Shown here: positions 55,512 to 64,000 of the stretch, in pieces
Layout of the letters: each line of letters begins with the position of its first letter
Numbering within the stretch: the stretch's first letter is position 1
Assembly: GCA_964016885.1 (NCBI GenBank)
Contig: OZ024744.1
Span: 50,468,001 to 50,532,000 of the forward strand
DNA from: Eledone cirrhosa
Taxonomy: Eukaryota
Direction: 5' to 3'
DNA length: 64,000 nt
Notes under the pieces: generated by a model
Told to the model about the DNA's origin: nothing
What the model saw: only the letters and a program-made list of their open reading frames with translations
The model's database searches: none
Position numbers and translations under genes: made by a program

Positions 55512-56700
55512 TAGAAGGTTTGTCCCAAAAGTATTGATTTTCCTATGTATGACATGGTCATGCAGCACTTTGTTGATGTATAGAGGAGTGTTGGTTACGA
55601 CCTTAGCTGCTCATACATACTTGTTTCAACATGATCAATTGAATCAGTTGTGAGTTATTGATCTTTATCTACAGATGTGTTTATAACCTGTTATGTTTGT
55701 TCGATATCTTCCTGCACCCCAATGGTACGCGATCAAATTTTGTGTGACACTCAACGAAACATTTAATCTTTAATACAAGCTTATGTAGATGCCACTTTAT
55801 CGAGAAGGAAGGTTTTAAGTGGCACAAAGCTTTCAAATAGGACCGAAAAATTATTAGTGGTGAACCTTCTGGAAGGCCATTCTTGTCAACAAATGAACAC
55901 AATGAAGAAGTGGTGCAAGCAGTGATGGCAAAACAAGCGTGGATAAAAATGCAGTTCACAGAATTTTAACAGACCATTTACACATGCGAAAAATTAGTGC
56001 CCAAACACTTGTCTGTGGAGCAGAAAGTGAACAAGTTTGAAATTTGTCCTGATTTGCTAGAAAGACTCAAAATTGAGCCAAATTTCTTGGATAAAATAGT
56101 AATAGGAGATGGGTGTTCAAGTATAATCAAGAGACAAAACAGCAAAGAGAGGAGTAGCACATGAAAAATTCTCATCCAAAGAAAGCAGCCAAGAGTAGAT
56201 CCAGGGTAAAAATGATTTTTTTTTTTCGACAACTGGTATTCACAAAAAATGTTTACGCCTAGGATAGACAGATAATTACATCTTCTACAAAGATGTCTTC
56301 GGATGACTTTGAAAATGGGTCCAGCGAGTCTGAAAGGAGATTGCAGGAGATTAGGTATTGCGTCTTGATAACATGCTTGCTCACACACCACTTTCAATTA
56401 GAGAATTTCTATAGTGAAGAAAAACATTTACACTCCTCTACATCTTCCCTAGCTTCATGTGATTTCTACCTCTTCTCAGTTAAAATCGAGGTTGAAGGGA
56501 CATCATTTTGGGACTGCGGAAAACCTACAACAAAATTGTAACCGACTAGCTAGACACGCACAGAAAATGACTCCTAGTACGGCTACAATAAATGGAAAAA
56601 ACACTGGAACCACTGGTTTCCCAAAGGTCGTATTTGAGGGAGATAACTTGAAACGTGTAATGTATATTTAAATAAAACATCAGTACTCTTACTTTTATTT
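55512..56700 (+). mobile_element. Mariner (DD34D-type) transposon relic
   Basis: Seen: VPKHLS.EQK, FLDKIVIGD, SLASCDFYLFSQLKSRLKGHHF (YSPDLAPCDF-like) with stops. Confidence 0.8.
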
Positions 56701-57304
56701 TTTTTACACACACACATTTAAAAAAAGATGGTGGGACTGAAAAGTCTTTTAAGTTTTAATTTTACGCAAACAGTATGTATTTCAATGGCATAGTTTGATC
56801 ATCCGCTCATGAAGCAAGACTTAGGCAGTTTCATCAGGTGTTGATTGCAAAATTAGTTACATAGGATAACAGGATTACGGTGAACAAAAACAGAATAAAG
56901 AATAGATTTGGATCAGGGATGGTTTGCCAATTTGGTGTTGTTGTTGTAAAAGAATCTTATATGCTGATTCACTGAAGAATGTTTCTTAACTTCTTTTGAT
57001 ACCAAGCTGCCTGCTTTAAACTGTTCCTATTTAAATTAGAATCCTCCAATATCATTTTATATAAGAACTGTATCTTCGGTTACTATCTTAGTAATGAAAT
57101 CATTAATAATTTTTGTAAATACCTCAAAATGTTTCATTAATTAATTGAAATAGTGTATTTCATTAGAAATATGGTCATGAAAGGGTTATGACTGACAATT
57201 GTGAATAAAAAGAACATTTTTTTGTTTCACCATATACCTTGTCTAGGTTTTTAAGTCATTTCTAAATTTAATAAAAGAATAATTTTTTCAAATTTAATTC
57301 ACAG

Positions 57305-57405
57305 ACCTGTTGGTTGAAATGTTGGGTGTTCTGGCCAGCTACAGCATCACTGTTAAAGAATTGCGAATGCTTTTTGCTCTATTAAAAGCCAAAAATGGTG
57401 AATGG
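57305..57405 (+). CDS. NBEA: Neurobeachin/LRBA coding exon 4 (101 nt); gene continues beyond window
   Basis: Seen: CACAG acceptor, [40 protein letters not shown] donor; phase 1 in, 0 out. Confidence 0.95.
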
Positions 57406-57464
57406 GTAAGTTCTTATTAGGAGCTATGTTCATTCATGTATGTATAGTAATAATAAATACTAAA

Positions 57465-58258
57465 AATAAAAGGCAGATTGTATAATGCTTGTATACAAAC
57501 AGCAATGTTACATGGCAGTGGTACATGGACATTGTGTGCAGAGGACCTGCGCAGATTGGAAAGGAATAACAGCATGCATGATCCATCGGATGTGTAATAG
57601 TAATATACGCTAACGGCAAAACATAAACAAACTAAGTGAAAAATTAGGAATAAGAGGGATCAGATGCAGTTTACTTGAGATGAGATTATGTTGGTATGGT
57701 CATGTGATGTGCATGTATAAAAAAGTACAGAGTGTTCAAAATTGATGGAAGTTATGGAGTAGGTAGACCCAGCAAAACCTGGGACGACATGATAAAATCT
57801 GACCTTGCACACTTACCCCTCTCTAAGACAATGTTACTGGAACGAGACCTTTGGCACTATACAGTGATACAGAAGACCCGCCTTTCCTTACGAACAAAGT
57901 TAAACCTACAGTCAGTAGGCACCTCTTAATCTAATATACACCCCACACACCCTACAGCTCCTGCCCAATTACGCCCACACCACCCATACTCTGTAAAGTT
58001 ATGTTTGTACCACAACATCCAGTCTACACTAAAGAGGTCGTGTAGGTGTCACGACAAAAAGCACCCAGTCCACGCTGTAAAGTCATCATGTAGGAGACAC
58101 AGTAAAAAAGCTTCCAGTCCACACTATAAATGTGGTTGGTGTTAGGCAGGTTTGCTACAGCTGGATGCCTTTCCTAAGTCGTATACAAGCGAGACACGGT
58201 CACCTGATCAATCTAACCCATACTTGCATGGGAAATAGACGTTAAACGATGATGATGA
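57465..58258 (+). mobile_element. RTE 3' fragment with UTR and GAT tail
   Basis: Seen: similar to reverse complement of 23440-24220. Confidence 0.8.
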
Positions 58259-58761
58259 AAGACCAAAATCCAGAGAGACTCGAAAAAAGTAGTTTATAGG
58301 TATATGCAAAATATATATGAAACCATAAAGCAAATATTTATTATTATAACATTAAAAGTTAAAGCAAATAATTTTTGATTTCACTCCTCCATATACCTCA
58401 TCATATTGAGATTTTGGTTTCAGTGGTCTTATTTGCATTTCACAAATCTGGTACTTTGTCAAACCCACAAAGACTAGGCTTTTTTTAGATACTATGGGCA
58501 TATGGTTAGAATGTCTCAGGAAAGAATTGCTGGGCAAAACCAACTGGCTGGAGACCCAGGGGTTGACCTTGAGCAAGATGGCTGGATAACATCCATGAGC
58601 CCAGATGGTCATGCTTGGGGATCTAGCTAGATCAGTTGGAGACGGTTGCTTCTGACAGTACCTGCAGGAAGGAGTGTTTGAGGACTCTGCCCCAATGACC
58701 CTCAAGAAAAAGTAGACAAAGAAGACCCTCCATATACAAAGACACATCCATACATATATAC

Positions 58762-60520
58762 ATGTCGCGACAAAAAACATCCAGCCCATACTGTAAAATG
58801 TTTGTGTAGCTGCCACGACAAAAAACATCCAGCCCATACTGTAAAGTGGTTGTGTAGGTGTCACAACAAAAAAGATCCAGCCCATACTGTAAAGTGGTTG
58901 TGTAGGTGTCGCAACAAAAAGCATCCAGCCCATATTGTAAAATGTTTGTGTAGGTGTCGCGACAAAAAACATCCAGCCCATACTGTAAAATGTTTGTAGG
59001 TGTCACAACAAAAAACATCCAGCCCATACTGTAAAATGTTTGTAGGTGTCACAACAAAAAACATCCAGCCCATACTGTAAAATGTTTGTAGGTGTCACAA
59101 CAAAAAACATCCAGCCCATATTGTAAAATGTTTGTAGGTGTCACAACAAAAAACATCCAGCCCATACTGTAAAATGTTTGTAGGTGTCACAACAAAAAAC
59201 ATCCAGCCCATACTGTAAAATGTTTGTAGGTGTCGCAACAAAAAACATCCAGCCCATATTGTAAAATGTTTGTAGGTGTCGCGACAAAAAACATCCAGCC
59301 CATACTGTAAAATGTTTGTAGGTGTCACAACAAAAAACATCCAGCCCATATTGTAAAATGTTTGTAGGTGTCGCGACAAAAAACATCCAGCCCATATTGT
59401 AAAATGTTTGTAGGTGTCGCAACAAAAAACATCCAGCCCATACTGTAAAATGTTTGTAGGTGTCACAACAAAAAACATCCAGCCCATATTGTAAAATGTT
59501 TGTAGGTGTCGCGACAAAAAACATCCAGCCCATATTGTAAAATGTTTGTAGGTGTCGCAACAAAAAACATCCAGCCCATACTGTAAAATGTTTGTAGGTG
59601 TCACAACAAAAAACATCCAGCCCATATTGTAAAATGTTTGTAGGTGTCGCGACAAAAAACATCCAGCCCATATTGTAAAATGTTTGTAGGTGTCGCAACA
59701 AAAAACATCCAGCCCATACTGTAAAATGTTTGTAGGTGTCACAACAAAAAACATCCAGCCCATATTGTAAAATGTTTGTAGGTGTCGCGACAAAAAACAT
59801 CCAGCCCATATTGTAAAATGTTTGTAGGTGTCGCAACAAAAAACATCCAGCCCATACTGTAAAATGTTTGTAGGTGTCACAACAAAAAACATCCAGCCCA
59901 TATTGTAAAATGTTTGTAGGTGTCGCGACAAAAAACATCCAGCCCATATTGTAAAATGTTTGTAGGTGTCGCAACAAAAAACATCCAGCCCATACTGTAA
60001 AATGTTTGTAGGTGTCACAACAAAAAACATCCAGCCCATATTGTAAAATGTTTGTAGGTGTCGCGACAAAAAACATCCAGCCCATATTGTAAAATGTTTG
60101 TAGGTGTCGCAACAAAAAACATCCAGCCCATACTGTAAAATGTTTGTGTAGCTGTCGCGACAAAAAACATCCAGCCCATACTGTAAAGTGGTTGTGTAGG
60201 TGTCACAACAAAAAACATCCAGCCCATACTGTAAGGTTTTTGTGTAGGTGTCGCAACAAAAAACATCCAGCCCATACTGTAAAGTGTTTGTGTAGGTGTC
60301 ACAACAAAAAACATCCAGCCCACCCTGTAATGTGGTTGTGTAGGTGTCACAACAAAAAGCATCCAGCCCACCCTGTAATGTGGTTGTGTAGGTGTCGCAG
60401 CAAAAAACATCCAGCCCACCCTGTAATGTGGTTGTGTAGGTGTCACAACAAAAAGCATCCAGCCCACACTGTAAAGTGGTCGTATAGGTGTCATGACAAA
60501 AAGCACCCTGTACTCACTGT
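58762..60520. repeat. 46-48 bp satellite (~37 units) derived from the RTE 3' UTR repeat, with 138-bp higher-order repeat
   Basis: Seen: TGTAGGTGTCRCRACAAAAAACATCCAGCCCATAYTGTAAAATGTT; runs into the RTE tail at 60520-60690. Confidence 0.95.
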
Positions 60521-61354
60521 AAATGTGGTTGGCATTAGGAAAGGGATCCAGCTGTAGAAACCAAACCCAAATCTTTTCTGTATGAGCAAGACATGGTCAC
60601 CTGACCTCAACTTGCCTCCAATAGGACAAGCCATCTAATCCATGCTAGTGTGGAAAAAGGACATTATGTGATAATGATATGATGATGACATAGTGAAGTG
60701 AAGAGGTTATATCCAAAATTGATAGACGACTTTACAGTTTGGGTTGGGCACTTTTTCTCAAGACACCTACACAACCACTTTACAGTGTGGACTGGGTGCT
60801 CGTTGTCATGGCACCAAAATGACCACTTTACCATGTGGATTAGGGACTTGGGTGGTAGGTTTAGGGACATGAGTGGAGGTGGTGTTTTAAAATTTGGGTG
60901 GGGCATTCAGACATGAGAAGTGTATGGGAGGGGTAGGTGATGCATACTAGATGTATACCTCAGTCCCTGCACATGGGAAGGCAGGTCTTCTGTATAAATC
61001 CATAGATTATGGGCCTGTGAGAGGTGCAATTGTGCAATGTCAGCTTTTATCACCTCATCCCACATCTTAGGTCTTCCTACTTTATAGCTTCCATCAACTT
61101 TGAGCCCCCTGCATTTTTTTTATACAGCTGTCATCCTTCATATGCATCACATATCCATACCAACACCATCTCCTCTCCTGCACACTGCATCTAATAAATA
61201 AAATAATAATAAAATTATTGTGTACAGTGCTCAGGTGCACTACAACTCGTCAAAGGTGCATGTATAGAACATAGAATAATATACAAATGTCAGGGAAGTG
61301 AATAGTGTAGGAGTCTGGCATACATGTGTGCGTGTGTATGGAGGGAATATTTCC

Positions 61355-64000
61355 TGAATAAAACAATTACCACAATAATATCAGCTTACGCACCCCAATC
61401 GGGGTTGCCAGACGAACTTAAGGATAGGTTTTACGAGTCCCTAATGCACACTACTGCTCTAACAAACGACAATGACTTCCTAATCATCGCAGGAGATTTT
61501 AACGGACACGTAGGTAAACACTGCGACGGCTTCAATAGAGTCCATGGAGGCCATGGGGTTGGCACAAGAAATGAGGAAGGATTCAGACTTCCAGAATTCT
61601 GCAACGCCAATGCATGTCGATATGTAACACAAACTTCAGAAAACCCGACAATCACCTGATCATCTATAGATCAGGGGAGCATTCTAGTCAGATAGATTTT
61701 ATCCTCATCAGAGGACGTGACAGATGGACGGTCGTAAACACAAAAGCCTTCCCTAGTGAGGAATGTACATCCCAACATAGCTTAGTTGTCAGTGACTTTA
61801 CAGTCAGAACTAGACGAACCTGGAAACAGAGGCCAACCTGGAGAAGAAAGATCTGGAAGCTGAAAGACCCCCTCAACCAGTAACAGATTTAAAGATATTT
61901 TACTCAACGCCTACAACAGTAAAGAACGGATAGAGACATTCAAAGTAGAAGAGCACTGGGAGTTCCTAAAAAATAACTTACTAGAGGCGATGGATGAGGT
62001 CTGTGGCTGGAGTAAGACCACAAGCAGGAGGAGAGTGACTTGGTGGTGGAACAATAAGGTAGATGAGGCAGTTAAGGCCAAGAGACAGGCATGGAAAGAA
62101 TGGAGAACGGGGGGAGCAGGGTACATTACATAGAGACCAAGAGGGAAGCTAGGCGACAAGTATACTTAGCTAGGAGGGAAGCAGAGGATAGAAAATTCAA
62201 GCATGTTTTGCAACGTGAGGACCAGAAACAGGAGGTGTTCAAGATTGCGAGGCAGTGTGTCAGAGAGAATTGTGATGTCATTGGAGAGAAGTGTATCCGG
62301 AATGATAAAGGTGAGCTTGCCCTCACAAGTGCTGAGAAGAAAGATGCATGGAAGAGTCATTATGATAGATTACTAAATGAGGAGAATGCATGGGAAGAAG
62401 AGACCCTACCCCAAGTAGACTCTATAGAGGGGTCAGCAGCAGCGTAGTAAGTAAGGCAATCAAAGATATGAAGATGGGGAAGGCAACCGGTCCATCGGGT
62501 ATAGCTGCCGAGATGCTGAAGGCATCTGGGTCTGTAGGTCACACTATAACCACACGTATTGTTAACCAGGTAATACTAGAAGGTGTCATACCAAAAGATT
62601 GGTGCAGTAGCATCATTGTCAACTGCTACAAAGGTAAAGGCGATGCACTAGATAGAGGAAACTATAGAGGTATAAAGAGTTATAGCACAGTTGATTAGGG
62701 ACCGGGTGAAAATAGACGAGATGCAATTTGGCTTTGTACCAGGAAGAGGCACCACTGATGCCCTCTTCCTTGTGAGGCAGTTACAGGAAAAGTACCTAGC
62801 TAAAAGTAAGCCACTCTACCTGGCATTCGTCGATCTTGAGAAAGCCTTTGACAGAGTTCCACGTGCTGTAATCTGGTGGGCTCTTAGAAAACTAGGAGTA
62901 GATGAATGGCTTGTGAAAGCGGTACAAGCCATGTATAGGGGAGCTGTCAGCAAAGTTAGGATTAGCAATGAGTATAGCGAGCAATTTGGCGTACAGGTTG
63001 GGGTCCACCAGGGTTCTGTTCGTAGCCCTCTCCTATTCATCATAGTCCTGTAGGCAATAACGGAGGAGTTTAAGACCGGATGCCCATGGTAACTCCTGTA
63101 TGCTGATGATCTCGCACTTATAGCTGAATCTATGGTAGAACTAGAGAAGAAATTCTAAACTTGGAAGCAGGGACTAGAAAGAAAGGGTCTCAAAGTCAAC
63201 ATGACAAAGACTAAGGTCCTTGTAAGTAGACGAGAAGACAGAACGCAGATCCCCTCAGGGAAATGGCCTTGCTCAGTATGTAGGAAAAGTGTAGGTAGGA
63301 ACTCCATTCTCTGCCCCAAATGCAAACAATGGGAACACAAGAGATGTAACGGGATCTCAGGAAGCTTAATTAAGAATGTAGACTTCACATGCAGCAGCTG
63401 TACTGGGACAGCAAGCAGCAAACAGCCACAGGAAACAAGTACCACCAATCTCTGGGAGGGCTCTGTAGAAACAGTAGACAGCGTCTGCTACCTAGGTGAC
63501 CGAATTAGCAGCGGAGGTGGGTGTTCAGAAAGTACAATAACTAGGGTAAGAACGGGATGGAAGAAGTTTAGGGAACTACTACCACTGCTAGCTGCAAAAG
63601 GCTTCTCCCTCAAAATGAAAGGCAGACTGTATGATGCGTGTATCCGAACAGCAATGTTACATGGTAGTGAGACCTGGGCGCTGAAGGTGGAAGACTTATG
63701 TAGATTAGAGAGAAATGAAGCCTGCATGCTCCGATGGATGTGTAATAGTAATATACGTGAACGACAAAGCATAAATGAATTGAGAGAGAGACTGAGCATA
63801 AGAGGAATCAAATGCTGTGTGCAGGAGAGGCGGTTACGCTGGTATGGACATGTGATGCGTATGAAGGATGACAGCTGCATAAAAAGGTGTAGAGCACTAG
63901 AGGTTGATGGAAACCGCGGAGTGGGGAGACCCAAGATGACCTGGGATGAGGTGATAAAAGCCGACCTTACCCAATTACACCTCTCAAAGGCGATGGATGA
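61355..64000 (+). mobile_element. Best-preserved RTE LINE (APE, RT, PHD insert), few stops and small deletions; runs off window
   Basis: Seen: SAYAPQ, AGDFNGHVG, QIDFIL, GNYRGIK, DLEKAFDRV, GVHQGS, YADDL, RRLRWYGHVMR. Confidence 0.95.

Noticed and set aside
58762-60520. CRISPR-like array and 324/340-aa repetitive ORFs
   Set aside because: Head-to-tail units with no unique spacers, no cas genes, eukaryotic context; ORFs arise from a stop-free repeat.

Overview
Eukaryotic, very repeat-rich (TA microsatellites, one 200-N gap) window; repeat repertoire suggests an octopod/coleoid cephalopod (inference, not verified). One host gene is visible: the first four coding exons of a neurobeachin/LRBA (BEACH family) gene on + (19349-19525, 51022-51126, 55046-55172, 57305-57405), phase-compatible with GT-AG introns, continuing beyond the window. 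The rest is decayed TEs: many RTE LINE copies carrying a PHD finger inside the RT region, a CRE-clade element with an N-terminal PHD-like finger, a full-length CsRn1/Boudicca-type Gypsy (both LTRs, TSD, tRNA-Trp PBS, candidate -1 frameshift signal), Penelope, CR1-like, Tx1 and mariner relics, SINEs, MITEs and two satellites. Most notable hidden signal: a series of sequence-unrelated type I hammerhead ribozyme motifs with palindromic helix III around the gene's 5' end and in intron 1, several within inverted repeats next to (TA)n tracts. All folds and alignments were done by eye; TE boundaries are approximate unless stated.
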